A DNA stretch of 64,000 nucleotides from Deltaproteobacteria bacterium (GCA_009930495.1 RZYB01000001.1:4124-68123); one strand, 5' to 3'. Shown: positions 45,523 through 55,374, counted from the first letter of the stretch. Translations and numbers: made by a program. Notes: generated from the sequence alone by a model not told the origin.

Positions 45523-46173
45523 CTATAGCAGGGGTTTGATGAGCATGTTTTGAACAAAGGCGGAAACCGGCGACAGGATCAGTCCCAAGCCGCCGGTCAC
45601 GGCCAAGACAAGCAGAATGATGAATCCGTAGCGCTCAAGCCGCATGAATCGCGCGGCCAAATGGCCGGGAAGCAGACAGGCGAGGATTTTGCTTCCGTCC
45701 AGGGGCGGAATGGGCAGCAGATTGAAAGCACCGAGAATGGCGTTGATGAAGACTCCGGCCACGGCGATGTTGATCATGGGCCGCAGGATATACCCCGCCG
45801 AGGCCGTGCCTGGATATTGACTCACGACCGCGAGCACCTTGAGCACAAGGGCAAAAAAAATCATGACCGCGAAATTGGCCATGGGCCCGGCCAGGGAGAC
45901 ATACAGGATGCCCCGCCGATAGTCCTTGTAGTAGGCTGGATTGATGGGCACGGGCTTGGCCCAGCCGATGAGCTGGGTCACGAGCAGGGTCAAGGTCCCG
46001 ATGGGATCGAGATGCTTCAAGGGATTGAGGGTCAGACGCCCCGCCTGTTTGGCCGTGGGGTCTCCCAGCAGGTACGAGACATAGCCGTGAGCCACTTCGT
46101 GGCAGGTGATGCCGAGAAAAAACGGCAGGGCAATGATGGAAAAATGCTGAATGGTCTGGCTGATATCGAACAT
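45523..46173 (-). CDS. site-2 protease (M50) family membrane metalloprotease
   Basis: HEVAHG zinc motif in the first TM region. Polytopic, 216 aa. Confidence 0.88.
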   Translation of the reverse strand: MFDISQTIQHFSIIALPFFLGITCHEVAHGYVSYLLGDPTAKQAGRLTLNPLKHLDPIGTLTLLVTQLIGWAKPVPINPAYYKDYRRGILYVSLAGPMANFAVMIFFALVLKVLAVVSQYPGTASAGYILRPMINIAVAGVFINAILGAFNLLPIPPLDGSKILACLLPGHLAARFMRLERYGFIILLVLAVTGGLGLILSPVSAFVQNMLIKPLL

Positions 46174-46250
46174 AGAGCACAGCGGCTATCATCAAGCGCC
46201 CTGGCGGGCAACTCTTTTACTCCGGGCAGGAAGCGCTTCGCGAGGTCGGT

Positions 46251-46703
46251 TCAAGGACCGTCCAGATCGTCTGGGTCCAGAAGCCGAATCCCGGCCCGGT
46301 CGAGACTGGCCGCCAACATTCCCTGGCCAGGGATCAATCGGCCCGAGAACGAGCCATCATAGACCATGCGGGAGCCACAACTTGGCGAACGCGGCTGGAG
46401 AATGGCCGTCCTGGCTCCAGTCAACTCCACGATCCGCAACACCTGCTCCACGCCGCGCTGAAAAAACGCGGTCATATCGCGCCCATCGGCGCATACCGCC
46501 CGCCCCTGGCGCAGCTCCACGGATTCGCGTGGCGTGGGCAATCCGCCCAGTTGCTCCGAACAAACCGGCACCAGACAGACACGCCGGGCCAGGCGCAGCA
46601 CGCGCTCGTCACGGGAACAGCCACCATCGTAGCGGCAATGGATACCGACCAAACAGGCGCTGACCAAAATTGGCGCGCCATCGTGTATATCCCTTGTCAT
46701 CAT
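46251..46703 (-). CDS. DUF523-family protein (TudS-like Fe-S desulfurase family)
   Basis: 150 aa. SACLVGIHCRYDGG...VPVCSEQLGG...RSPSCG is the conserved 3-Cys pattern of DUF523. Confidence 0.8.
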   Translation of the reverse strand: MMTRDIHDGAPILVSACLVGIHCRYDGGCSRDERVLRLARRVCLVPVCSEQLGGLPTPRESVELRQGRAVCADGRDMTAFFQRGVEQVLRIVELTGARTAILQPRSPSCGSRMVYDGSFSGRLIPGQGMLAASLDRAGIRLLDPDDLDGP

Positions 46704-46772
46704 ACATGCCTTCCTGTAGCCCCGTGTCCATCCTGAAGATCGGGGTAATTTTCAACATACCAAGGAGATAGA

Positions 46773-47837
46773 ATGTCTTTACTGCACACGGCCATCGATC
46801 GGGTCACACCCCTGGACCACAGCCTGATGGACAAAGCCCAGGCCCATCTCGACACCCAGACCAAACCACGGGGCAGCCTTGGAGCCCTGGAACGCGTCGC
46901 CTGCCGCATGGTGGCCATCGCCGGCGGCTCGGCACCCAGGGTCGATCCGGCCCGGATTTACACCTGCGCCGGGGACCACGGCGTCGCGATCCAGGGTGTC
47001 AGTCTGTTTCCGCAGGCCGTGACCCGCCAGATGGTTGAAAATTTCATGAACAGTGGCGCCGCCATCAATGTGCTGACCAAAACAGCCGGAGTGGATTTGA
47101 TGGTCGTGGACGCGGGTTGTCTGGGTGGACCCTTCCGCGACCATCCGGGTCTGACCCAGTGCAAGGTCGCCCCGGGAACTTCGGACTTGAGCGTCGGTCC
47201 GGCCATGACCCATGACCAATGCCGGCAGGCCGTGGAAAACGGAATCCGTCTGGCCGAACAGGCCCGCGACGAGGGCATGGTCACGCTGGGCACCGGAGAA
47301 ATGGGCATCGCCAACACCACGCCGGCCACGGCTCTTTTTTGCGCGTATCTGGGGCTGCGTCCGGTGGATATCACTGGTCCGGGCACGGGCCTTTCCAGCG
47401 AAGGCGTGCGGCGTAAAATCATGGTTATCGAGCAAGCCCTGGCCCTGCACCGTGATGTCATCGGGCGTGGCGACCCCATGGAGATCCTGGCCGCCCTGGG
47501 TGGGTTTGAAATCGCCACCCTGGCCGGCATCCTCGTGGGCGGCGCGGGCCTGGGCCTGCAGTTGGTCATCGACGGGTTCATCTCCACCAGCGCCTATGTC
47601 GCCGCGACGGCCCTCTGCCCCGCTGTCAAGGACTACGCGTTTTTTTCCCATTCCTCGGCCGAGCCCGGGTACGCGGCGATCATGGAGCGTCTGCGGGCAG
47701 AGCCGCTTTTGCACCTGGGGTTGCGGTTGGGAGAAGGCACCGGCGCGGCGTTGGCTATTTTCTTGCTGCGTAGCGCGGCCAATATTTACAATGAAATGGC
47801 CACATTCGGTGCCGCCGGCGTCCAGGATGGATGCTGA
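46773..47837 (+). CDS. cobT: nicotinate-nucleotide--dimethylbenzimidazole phosphoribosyltransferase
   Basis: 354 aa. KPRGSLGALE and GTGEMGIANTTPA motifs. SD AAGGAGA precedes the ATG. Confidence 0.94.
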   Translation: MSLLHTAIDRVTPLDHSLMDKAQAHLDTQTKPRGSLGALERVACRMVAIAGGSAPRVDPARIYTCAGDHGVAIQGVSLFPQAVTRQMVENFMNSGAAINVLTKTAGVDLMVVDAGCLGGPFRDHPGLTQCKVAPGTSDLSVGPAMTHDQCRQAVENGIRLAEQARDEGMVTLGTGEMGIANTTPATALFCAYLGLRPVDITGPGTGLSSEGVRRKIMVIEQALALHRDVIGRGDPMEILAALGGFEIATLAGILVGGAGLGLQLVIDGFISTSAYVAATALCPAVKDYAFFSHSSAEPGYAAIMERLRAEPLLHLGLRLGEGTGAALAIFLLRSAANIYNEMATFGAAGVQDGC

Positions 47838-47852
47838 TCCACTATCCATGGA

Positions 47853-49661
47853 CTATTCGTGTTCCTTCCCAAGGGCCTCGCGCAACTGTCCGCTGGTGAA
47901 AAGATCCCGCAGCACCAACGGACTTTGGGGGGCGTCCTTGGGAAAAATCGCCAGCACCGGGATGGATTTGGAGCCCAGATTTTCCAACAGGGCCATCAGG
48001 GTCGGGTCGTGTCTGGTCAAATCCACGCGCATCAACTCGATGTCGAAGTCTTCGGTCAGACGGGCGCTGCGTTCCGGAGAAAGCACTGTTTTTTCGAGGA
48101 ATTTACAGTTTGGGCACCAATCGGCCGTGAATTCCAGCACCAGGGTTTCGTGGCCAAGGCGGGCCTTGAATCTGTCCAGATCGAACGCATTCCACGCATC
48201 CGGATGGTGAACCGGTCGGAAAAGCAAAAACGCGGTCCCGGCGACCAATCCCAGGGCGCAGACACGGATGAACCAGCGCCGCGTCCTGGTTTGGCTTAAA
48301 TTGGTCCACTTCCCCCAGATCCAGGCTCCGAGCGCCAACATCCACAGGAGAATGAGAACGTTCAAATACTGTGTCGTTGGGAGCAATCCGATCAGATAGA
48401 CAGTGGTTCCGGCCAAAAGAAATCCCAGAACCCGCTCTAGATGGATGGTCCAGGCCCCGGGTTGGGGCAAAAAACGGTACAATCCAGGCAAAAGGGCCAT
48501 CAACAGATAGGGCGCCGCCATGCCCAGACCGATGCAGGCCAGAACCAGAGCGATGATTCGCGGCGGCTGGATCAGGGCCCACGCCAGAACTCCTCCCAGA
48601 AATGGACCACTGCAGGGGGTGGCCAAAATCGTCGCGAGAACGCCCGTGGTGAAGGATTCCAACCGGGGATGATGGGCAACGCCCCGGGCATGGCCCTTCA
48701 AATCGATCAGCGGCAGGTCGTAGACACCAAAAAGACTCAGGCTCAAGGCGAAAACAACAGCGGCCAAGGTGATGATCGCGCCCGGCTGCTGAAAAATTTG
48801 TCCCCAGGCCATGCCGGTCATGGCGATGATCGTGGCCAGGATCACAAAATAGAGAACCACGCCCAAGGCAAAAAAAAGGTTATGCGTTCGAAAGGCTTGG
48901 CGTTGGTGTGTGGCCACGCTGTTGGCCGCGGGGATGAACGACCGCAATTTGAGCGTGATGACCGGGAGCACGCAGGGCATGAAGTTGAGAATCAGGCCAG
49001 CCAGAAAGGCCAGGGTCGCTGCCTTGGACAGGGTGCTCACCTCCAGGCCTGGAGCGAAATAACGGGGTTTGAAATCAAAAACCGGCGGCAAATCGGCTTC
49101 GGGCACGGCGGCTGGGACCGCGTCCGATTCTTCGACGCCTGGCGAGGCGGTGGCCAGCTGCGGCCACCAATCCTGGCTTTCAGCCAGGGGCAGATTGGCC
49201 AGCTCCGTGGCCGAGGCGGTGGCCCTGAAATCGCCGCGCAGGGGCTGGCATGTCGTGTCCGAGCACAACAGGGCTTCGAGATGCGTCTGGACATCGAGGG
49301 TTTCGGCCGGCGCGAGCGGGATGAACAGCGGCGTCCGACCTTGATACAGATCGACGGACAGGGTCGGGTCCAGGGGATCGGGCTTGTTCGTGGCCGGGGG
49401 ATAAAAAGTCGGCACGAAACGTCCGTTGAGGCTGGCCCGCAGACTGGTTGGATAGCCAGCGTCTCCGGGAACGTTACCGTAGACGTGCCAACCCGTGGCT
49501 GGAGTCAGAAAAAAAACGGCCACGGCCGGATGGTCCGGATCGTGGCTGCGGTAGAGTTCCAAGCGGGTCGAAACGGGCTCCCTGGACGCGGCCTGACCGC
49601 CGGTAGTGGGAACCAAGCCCAAGGCGAGAAGCAAACACCAAAAAATTCGAGAAATTGCCAT
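47853..49661 (-). CDS. dsbD: DsbD-family thiol:disulfide interchange (protein-disulfide reductase) membrane protein
   Basis: Signal peptide, periplasmic N-domain, TM core with FMPCVLP and TPCSGPF, and a C-terminal thioredoxin fold with WCPNC. Confidence 0.88.
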   Translation of the reverse strand: MAISRIFWCLLLALGLVPTTGGQAASREPVSTRLELYRSHDPDHPAVAVFFLTPATGWHVYGNVPGDAGYPTSLRASLNGRFVPTFYPPATNKPDPLDPTLSVDLYQGRTPLFIPLAPAETLDVQTHLEALLCSDTTCQPLRGDFRATASATELANLPLAESQDWWPQLATASPGVEESDAVPAAVPEADLPPVFDFKPRYFAPGLEVSTLSKAATLAFLAGLILNFMPCVLPVITLKLRSFIPAANSVATHQRQAFRTHNLFFALGVVLYFVILATIIAMTGMAWGQIFQQPGAIITLAAVVFALSLSLFGVYDLPLIDLKGHARGVAHHPRLESFTTGVLATILATPCSGPFLGGVLAWALIQPPRIIALVLACIGLGMAAPYLLMALLPGLYRFLPQPGAWTIHLERVLGFLLAGTTVYLIGLLPTTQYLNVLILLWMLALGAWIWGKWTNLSQTRTRRWFIRVCALGLVAGTAFLLFRPVHHPDAWNAFDLDRFKARLGHETLVLEFTADWCPNCKFLEKTVLSPERSARLTEDFDIELMRVDLTRHDPTLMALLENLGSKSIPVLAIFPKDAPQSPLVLRDLFTSGQLREALGKEHE

Positions 49662-49791
49662 GGAATCATCGGGGGGTTGGGTGTAAATGAACGCAGACTT
49701 GAAGGCGGACTTTTAGGCCGTAACCGGGTTTGAAGCAAGATTGTGAAATATGTGATGACGCGACGGTTTGTTCTCCGTGATAATAATCAGC

Positions 49792-49821
49792 AAAAAGGCG
49801 GCCCCGGGGGGCCGCCTTTTT
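49792..49821 (-). terminator. intrinsic (symmetrical) terminator after the VWA-OmpA gene
   Basis: AAAAAGGCGGCCCC/GGGGCCGCCTTTTT palindrome, 22 nt downstream of the stop at 49843. A/T tracts on both sides. Confidence 0.85.
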
Positions 49822-49842
49822 GCTTGGAAAGCAGCATTCAAA

Positions 49843-50970
49843 CTACTTCTTCTTGAAAACGCCCTTCAAGACCGCCTCGATGCGACGGTTTTCAGCCTTG
49901 CCGGCATCCGTGGCATTGCTGGCGACAGGCTTGGATTCTCCAAAACCAATGGCGGTAAGCTGGGTGCTGTCCATGCCGAGCTTCTGAATCAGATATGTCC
50001 GCACGCTGTTGGCACGGCGCAGGGACAGCTTCTGATTGTAGGCGTCGGAGCCATCGGAGTCGGTGTGTCCGTCGATTTCCACGAACACGCCAGGATACTG
50101 CTTCATGAATTCAGCGAAATCAGCCAGCTCCTGATGGTACTGCGGCTTTACGTCGGCCTTGTCGTAATCAAAATTGACCTTCAGCTTGACCACGACCGGG
50201 ATCGGGCAACCATCGGCGTCGACGACCAGGTCATTGGGGGTATCGGCACACTTGTCCTGGCAATTGCCGATGCCGTCGTTGTCGTCGTCCAGGGAGCAGG
50301 GATCGATTTCAACGGGAGCGACATCATAAAAAACGGCACGGACAAAATTTTCCAGGGCCGCGTCATCGGCGACCTGGGCGGCGGAGGTGGACACGCCGCA
50401 GGACTTCAGGGCGGTCAGCTTGTCCAGCAATTCCTGATTGCCGTTGACGGAATCGGCAAAGCCGATGGTGTGAAAACACACGCCATATTTTTCGGACAAT
50501 TCGGAAGCGACCGCGAGGGTTTCGATGCCCTGATTCTCCTGACCGTCGGAAACAATGATGACGGCATTGCGGCCGACCATGTTTTTGAGGGCCGGCTCAA
50601 GGCTGGCAAGACCAACGCCCAGAGGGGTGGGTCGGGAGCCGATGACGGTGGGGATGTTGGCGATGGCCGCGCCGTAAGCGGCGGCCTGATAGGGTTCGAC
50701 GGCCTTCAATTCCATGGCCGGGGCAGCGGTGTTGAGGCCGCCGTTGTAGCCAAGTTCCGGAAGCATTTTATTGATGCGTTCCAGGATGGATTTGGCCAGG
50801 GAAATTTTGGTTTCCTTGGAGTCCACATATTTGTCGTCCATGGATCCGGACGTATCCACCAGAAAAATGAAATTATCCACCTTGCGGACATATTTATCCG
50901 CGGCGACAGCGGCGGAAGCCGCCAGCAGCACCAGCGCCATGCTCAACACGACCAGTTTTTGCAGTTTCAT
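49843..50970 (-). CDS. secreted VWA domain / thrombospondin type-3 repeat / OmpA C-terminal domain protein
   Basis: Signal peptide, MIDAS motif LVDTSGSMDD, TSP3-like DDDNDGIGNCQDKCADTP...DADGCP, and OmpA_C motif IDGHTDSDGSDAYNQKLSLRRANSV. Confidence 0.88.
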   Translation of the reverse strand: MKLQKLVVLSMALVLLAASAAVAADKYVRKVDNFIFLVDTSGSMDDKYVDSKETKISLAKSILERINKMLPELGYNGGLNTAAPAMELKAVEPYQAAAYGAAIANIPTVIGSRPTPLGVGLASLEPALKNMVGRNAVIIVSDGQENQGIETLAVASELSEKYGVCFHTIGFADSVNGNQELLDKLTALKSCGVSTSAAQVADDAALENFVRAVFYDVAPVEIDPCSLDDDNDGIGNCQDKCADTPNDLVVDADGCPIPVVVKLKVNFDYDKADVKPQYHQELADFAEFMKQYPGVFVEIDGHTDSDGSDAYNQKLSLRRANSVRTYLIQKLGMDSTQLTAIGFGESKPVASNATDAGKAENRRIEAVLKGVFKKK

Positions 50971-51110
50971 GCGTTTACTCCTCTTTGGTTGGGTATGTGT
51001 GATAAAAAGTGACGAACCTCATGCCGCAATACAGAGTCCTTTACTCCAAGCCCGGGCCAAGGCAATCGAAAAGAAACGCCATCAGGATTTCGCATCACGA
51101 GTCTTGACCC

Positions 51111-52379
51111 ATGGAAAACCGGACGACAAGAGAACAAGTCATGTATCCAACTACGCCAACCGACACCAATTTTCAAGCCACAATCCTGCACTTGGACATG
51201 GATGCGTTTTTCGCGGCCGTGGAACAAGCCGACAATCCGGAACTGCGCGGCAAACCCGTGATTATCGGACAATCCTTGCGGGGGGTGGCCTCGGCCGCGT
51301 CATACGAAGCCCGGAGATACGGCGTCCATTCGGCCATGCCCATCGCCCAGGCCAAAAAACTTTGCCCAAACGGTGTGTTCCTGCCAGGGCGCATGGCCAG
51401 ATACCGGGAGGTATCCCACCAAATCATGGCCATCATGGGAGGGTTGTGCCCGGTCGTGGAACAGGCTTCCGTGGACGAGGCCTACGCCGACATCGGCGGC
51501 ACGGACCGCCTCCACGGCAGTCCGCGCCACTTGGCCGAAAAGCTCAAGCAGGAGGTGCTCACGGCGACCGGCTTGACCTGTTCCGTCGGCATCGCCCCGA
51601 ACAAATTTCTGGCCAAAATAGCTTCGGATTGGAACAAACCCGATGGCTTGACCATCATCGTCCCCGAGGGCGTGACCGCGTTTTTGCACGATTTGCCCGT
51701 GGCCAAGATCCCTGGCGTCGGTCGCCAGCTCGCCGAGGAATTGGCCCGCATGGGCGTGCGCATGGTTCCGGACGTGCTGCGCCACCGGCGCGCGTTCTGG
51801 ATCGAACAACTGGGCAAACGCGGCGCGATTCTCCATGACCGGGCCCTGGGTCGTGATGACCGGCGGGTCTGTCCCGACATCGAGGCCAAATCATGCAGCG
51901 CTGAAAACACGTTCGCCACCGACACGCTCGACCGACGGGAGTTGGAGCGTTGGCTGTTGCGGCAAGCGGACCGGATCGGCCGGGAATTGCGGCGCATGGA
52001 CAAATCAGGATGCCGCGTCAGCCTGAAGCTCAAATTCCATGATTTTACCTGTCTGACCCGCAACTCGACCCTGAAGCGCCCCACCAACCTCACTCCGGAA
52101 ATTTTCGCGGCAACTCGCGCCCTGCTCGCGGCGCAAAATCCGACCAAACCCGTGCGCTTGATCGGAACCGGGGTGTCGCAATTCAGGTCCGGCCAGGTGC
52201 AATTGCCCCTGGCCGTCGATCGCAGCCGGGCCAAGCAGGAGCGCCTGGATCGGACCATGGACCGAATCCGGGACAAGTTTGGCGCCGCGAGTATTGCCCG
52301 GGCCGAGGCGACCATGGCCGGAACGAGCTCCTGCCCGGATCTTCTTTCCCAAAAAAACCGCATAACCACCACGGAATAA
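51111..52379 (+). CDS. dinB: DNA polymerase IV
   Basis: ILHLDMDAFFAAVE, SVDEAYADI and IAPNKFLAKIASD motifs. The start could be ATG 51111 or ATG 51141. Confidence 0.93.
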   Translation: MENRTTREQVMYPTTPTDTNFQATILHLDMDAFFAAVEQADNPELRGKPVIIGQSLRGVASAASYEARRYGVHSAMPIAQAKKLCPNGVFLPGRMARYREVSHQIMAIMGGLCPVVEQASVDEAYADIGGTDRLHGSPRHLAEKLKQEVLTATGLTCSVGIAPNKFLAKIASDWNKPDGLTIIVPEGVTAFLHDLPVAKIPGVGRQLAEELARMGVRMVPDVLRHRRAFWIEQLGKRGAILHDRALGRDDRRVCPDIEAKSCSAENTFATDTLDRRELERWLLRQADRIGRELRRMDKSGCRVSLKLKFHDFTCLTRNSTLKRPTNLTPEIFAATRALLAAQNPTKPVRLIGTGVSQFRSGQVQLPLAVDRSRAKQERLDRTMDRIRDKFGAASIARAEATMAGTSSCPDLLSQKNRITTTE

Positions 52380-52447
52380 TGCTTGCCAAAGAACATGTTT
52401 CTTGTTTGGAAGTGCCCATTCGAATTTCAATCATCAAGGATCACACG

Positions 52448-53221
52448 ATGTTCATTCACGCCATCACCCGCCAGCCCGGCCCGGATTACGCCCAGGGGCT
52501 GACGACCTCCACCCTGCCGGCTCCGGACCTGCCCCTGGCCCTGGAGCAACACCACGCCTACGTGGCCTGCCTCCAATCCCTGGGACTGTCCGTCGATGTG
52601 CTCCCGCCGGCGGTTGGATTCCCGGATGCCTGCTTTGTCGAGGACACGGCGGTCATCACTCGTGAAGTGTGCGTTATTTCCCGGCCCGGAGCGCCCTCCC
52701 GCCGGGGGGAGATCCAGTCCATGGAACCTGTTTTGGCCGCGCACCGGACCCTGGCCCACATCGAGGCTCCCGGCACCCTGGATGGCGGCGACATTCTCCA
52801 GGTGGAACGCCAATTTTTCATCGGCGTCTCGGAACGCACCAACGAAGACGGGGCCCGCCAGCTGGCGGCCATTCTGAAGCGTCACGGCTACGCCAGCACC
52901 CTCGTTCCCGTGGCCGCTGGCCTGCATCTGAAGTCCAGCCTGAATTACGTCGGAGCGCATACCATGTTGGTCACGTCCGATTTCGCCGATCATCCAGCCA
53001 TCGAGGACTTCGACCGCATTGTTTGTCCCCACGGCGAGGAATACGCCGCCAACACCCTGCTCGTGAACGGCACCTTGATCATGCCCACGGGGTATCCGTT
53101 GACCAAGAGCCTGCTGCGCCGTCTCGGCCTGCCCATCGTCGAGCTGGACACCAGTGAATACCGCAAGATGGACGGCGGTCTGACCTGTTTGTCGTTACGT
53201 TTGGAGCCAAAGTTGCCTTGA
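52448..53221 (+). CDS. amidinotransferase-fold enzyme (dimethylarginine dimethylaminohydrolase / arginine deiminase-like)
   Basis: 257 aa from ATG 52448 (SD AAGGA). CFVEDTAV, GTLDGGDIL and C-terminal MDGGLTCLSLR (catalytic Cys) fit the DDAH family. Confidence 0.8.
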   Translation: MFIHAITRQPGPDYAQGLTTSTLPAPDLPLALEQHHAYVACLQSLGLSVDVLPPAVGFPDACFVEDTAVITREVCVISRPGAPSRRGEIQSMEPVLAAHRTLAHIEAPGTLDGGDILQVERQFFIGVSERTNEDGARQLAAILKRHGYASTLVPVAAGLHLKSSLNYVGAHTMLVTSDFADHPAIEDFDRIVCPHGEEYAANTLLVNGTLIMPTGYPLTKSLLRRLGLPIVELDTSEYRKMDGGLTCLSLRLEPKLP

Positions 53222-53269
53222 AGTTTTTCGGCGCGCGAAATACGTGGGAAACATTGCGAGGTACGATCC

Positions 53270-53434
53270 ATGGAACTGCTCAAAGACCGCTATAAACGTG
53301 AATTCGTCGAGGTCATCTGCCCCAAGTGCAAACAGACCAAAATCATCTGTCTGCCCGAGGAGGAAATTCCGATGTGCGAATTCTGCAAGGTGAAGATGAT
53401 CATCAAGGAGATCCTGACCGAGGGAAAATATTGA
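53270..53434 (+). CDS. small zinc-ribbon protein (54 aa, below the ORF-track cutoff)
   Basis: My own translation: MELLKDRYKREFVEVICPKCKQTKIICLPEEEIPMCEFCKVKMIIKEILTEGKY. Has CPKC...CEFC, a GAGG SD about 9 nt upstream and GC3-rich codons. It fills an otherwise empty gap. Confidence 0.6.
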   Translation: MELLKDRYKREFVEVICPKCKQTKIICLPEEEIPMCEFCKVKMIIKEILTEGKY

Positions 53435-53469
53435 ACCTCGCGGGTCTTTTAACCAAAGGAGGAAGTCAT

Positions 53470-54288
53470 ATGCGCTTGTTGTCCACGATTCTGTCCATTC
53501 TGCTGCTGGTGGCCATGTCCGGCGTGGCGGGTGCCGCCGATCATGAACTGGCCCAGAAATCCACCCTGAACGAAATTCTCAAACGCGGTGAACTCCGGGT
53601 CGGCCTGGACGCGGGCTACATGCCCTTCGAGATGACCAACAAAAAAGGCGAAATCGTCGGATTCGACGTGGACGTGGCCAAGGAAATGGCCAAGGCCATG
53701 GGCGTGAAACTGAACATCGTCAACACGGACTTCGACGGCATCATCCCGGCGCTCATGGCCGACAAGTTCGACATCATCATCAGCGGCATCACCGTGAATC
53801 AGGAGCGCAATCTGCAGATCAACTTCGCCGAGCCCTACATTGTCGTCGGCCAGGCCATCCTGCTCAGCAAGAAACACGAAGGCAAAATCAAATCCTACAA
53901 GGATTTGAACGATCCCAAGTTTGTTGTCGCATCGCGCATCGGGACCACCGGCGAACAGGCCGCCAAGCGCATGATCCCCAAGGCTCAGTACAAAAGCTTC
54001 GAAAAAGAAGCCGACGGCGCCATGGAAGTGGTCAACGGACAGGCGGACGCGTTTGTCTACGATCTGCCCTTCTGCGCGGTCTTCATGGCCCAGCAGGGTG
54101 GCGGCAACCTGATCCTCCTGGACAAGGTCTTCACCTACGAGCCCCTGGGTTTTGGAATCAAGAAAGGCGACCCGGATTTCCTGAACTGGCTGGACAATTT
54201 CATCGCCCAGATCAAGAATGACGGCCGCTTCGACCGCATCTACGACAAATGGATCAAGGGCACCGAATGGCTCAAGGATATCCAGTAA
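53470..54288 (+). CDS. polar amino acid ABC transporter substrate-binding protein (second locus)
   Basis: 272 aa from ATG 53470 (SD AAGGAGGAAG). Signal peptide and SBP_bac_3 pattern (LRVGLDAGYMPFEM, GITVNQERNLQINFAEPY). Confidence 0.9.
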   Translation: MRLLSTILSILLLVAMSGVAGAADHELAQKSTLNEILKRGELRVGLDAGYMPFEMTNKKGEIVGFDVDVAKEMAKAMGVKLNIVNTDFDGIIPALMADKFDIIISGITVNQERNLQINFAEPYIVVGQAILLSKKHEGKIKSYKDLNDPKFVVASRIGTTGEQAAKRMIPKAQYKSFEKEADGAMEVVNGQADAFVYDLPFCAVFMAQQGGGNLILLDKVFTYEPLGFGIKKGDPDFLNWLDNFIAQIKNDGRFDRIYDKWIKGTEWLKDIQ

Positions 54289-54302
54289 GCTCCGCATGAC
54301 TT

Positions 54303-54343
54303 CGAGGAATCCGGCGACAAGGCCGGATTCCTCGTCTCTTTAT
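54303..54343 (+). terminator. strong hairpin (partial terminator/attenuator) after the second SBP gene
   Basis: 12-bp perfect stem CGAGGAATCCGG/CCGGATTCCTCG (54303-54314 / 54323-54334), followed by a T-rich TCTCTTTAT. Confidence 0.6.
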
Positions 54344-54362
54344 CCACCCACCAGGACAGACA

Positions 54363-55367
54363 ATGACTTCTTACACAGGGCTGGATCGCCCCAAAAGCAA
54401 ATTATATTACCAGACCTGGAGCGCCATCTTCGTGGTCGGCCTGCTCGCGACCATGGCGATCCTCTATTTCTCCACGCAAACGGTTGCGTACACATGGAGA
54501 TGGAACCGGGTCCCACAGTACTTCCTGTACGAAGAAAAAACAGAAATTCGGGCGGAAATGGAAGGCGAGATTATCAGCGTCACGCCCCAGGGCGAGGCCT
54601 CTCGGGTTGTCATTGCTGGCCCGGACGGCGAGGAAGCGCATTCCGTGCCCATGGCCGCCCTTCTCCTGGGCCAGGGAGATTACGTCTACCCCGGTGATGT
54701 GCTTGGCTCCTTCACCCATTGGGAACCCGGCATTCTGATCGAGGGTTTGTGGCTGACCCTTGAAGTGAGTTCCATCGCCATTGTCTTCGGCATCCTTCTT
54801 GGCCTGTTCACCGGCCTGGCCCGCATTTCGAACAACCCGGCCCTGCGTTGGGGAGCCATCGGCTACATCGAGCTCATTCGCGGTTCCCCCCTGCTGGTGC
54901 AAATTTTCCTCTGGTATTTCGTGGTCGGCACGGTCATCAACACCATGCTGTCCAAATATGGTTTTGGGCCCGTTCCTCCCCTGTGGTTTGGCGTCATGGC
55001 CCTGGCCATCTTCACCGGAGCCTATACCGCCGAAATCGTGCGCGCCGGCATCCAATCCGTGCATCGCGGCCAGATGGAGGCGGCCCGCTCCCTGGGCATG
55101 ACCTACGCCCAGGCCATGCGCAAGGTCATTCTGCCCCAGGCCTTGCGCCGAATTCTACCGCCGCTGGCCGGCCAGTTTATCAGTCTGGTCAAGGATTCGT
55201 CCCTCTTGGGCGTTATCTCCATCCGTGAACTGACCAAGGCCACCCGCGAAGTGGTCACGGCTTCGTTGCAGCCCTTTGAAATCTGGATTGTATGCGCCAT
55301 TTTGTATCTGATCCTGACCTTCACCCTGTCCATGTTCGTTCAGTACCTGGAACGCAAGGCCATCTGA
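54363..55367 (+). CDS. polar amino acid ABC transporter permease with N-terminal extension
   Basis: 334 aa. The C-terminal ~220 aa is HisM/GlnP-like ([25 protein letters not shown]). An extra N-terminal TM plus an ~90-aa loop precede it. Confidence 0.88.
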   Translation: MTSYTGLDRPKSKLYYQTWSAIFVVGLLATMAILYFSTQTVAYTWRWNRVPQYFLYEEKTEIRAEMEGEIISVTPQGEASRVVIAGPDGEEAHSVPMAALLLGQGDYVYPGDVLGSFTHWEPGILIEGLWLTLEVSSIAIVFGILLGLFTGLARISNNPALRWGAIGYIELIRGSPLLVQIFLWYFVVGTVINTMLSKYGFGPVPPLWFGVMALAIFTGAYTAEIVRAGIQSVHRGQMEAARSLGMTYAQAMRKVILPQALRRILPPLAGQFISLVKDSSLLGVISIRELTKATREVVTASLQPFEIWIVCAILYLILTFTLSMFVQYLERKAI

Positions 55368-55374
55368 GGAAATC

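Noticed and set aside
46704-46772. Cobalamin riboswitch upstream of cobT
   Set aside because: The gap is only 69 nt, far too short for the ~200-nt element, and no B12-box-like sequence is visible.
50971-51140. LexA/SOS box upstream of dinB; the octamer TTTACTCC occurs twice
   Set aside because: No palindromic SOS-box-like element is visible. One TTTACTCC copy is simply the reverse complement of the SD of the divergent VWA-OmpA gene. The LexA motif for this lineage is not known to me.
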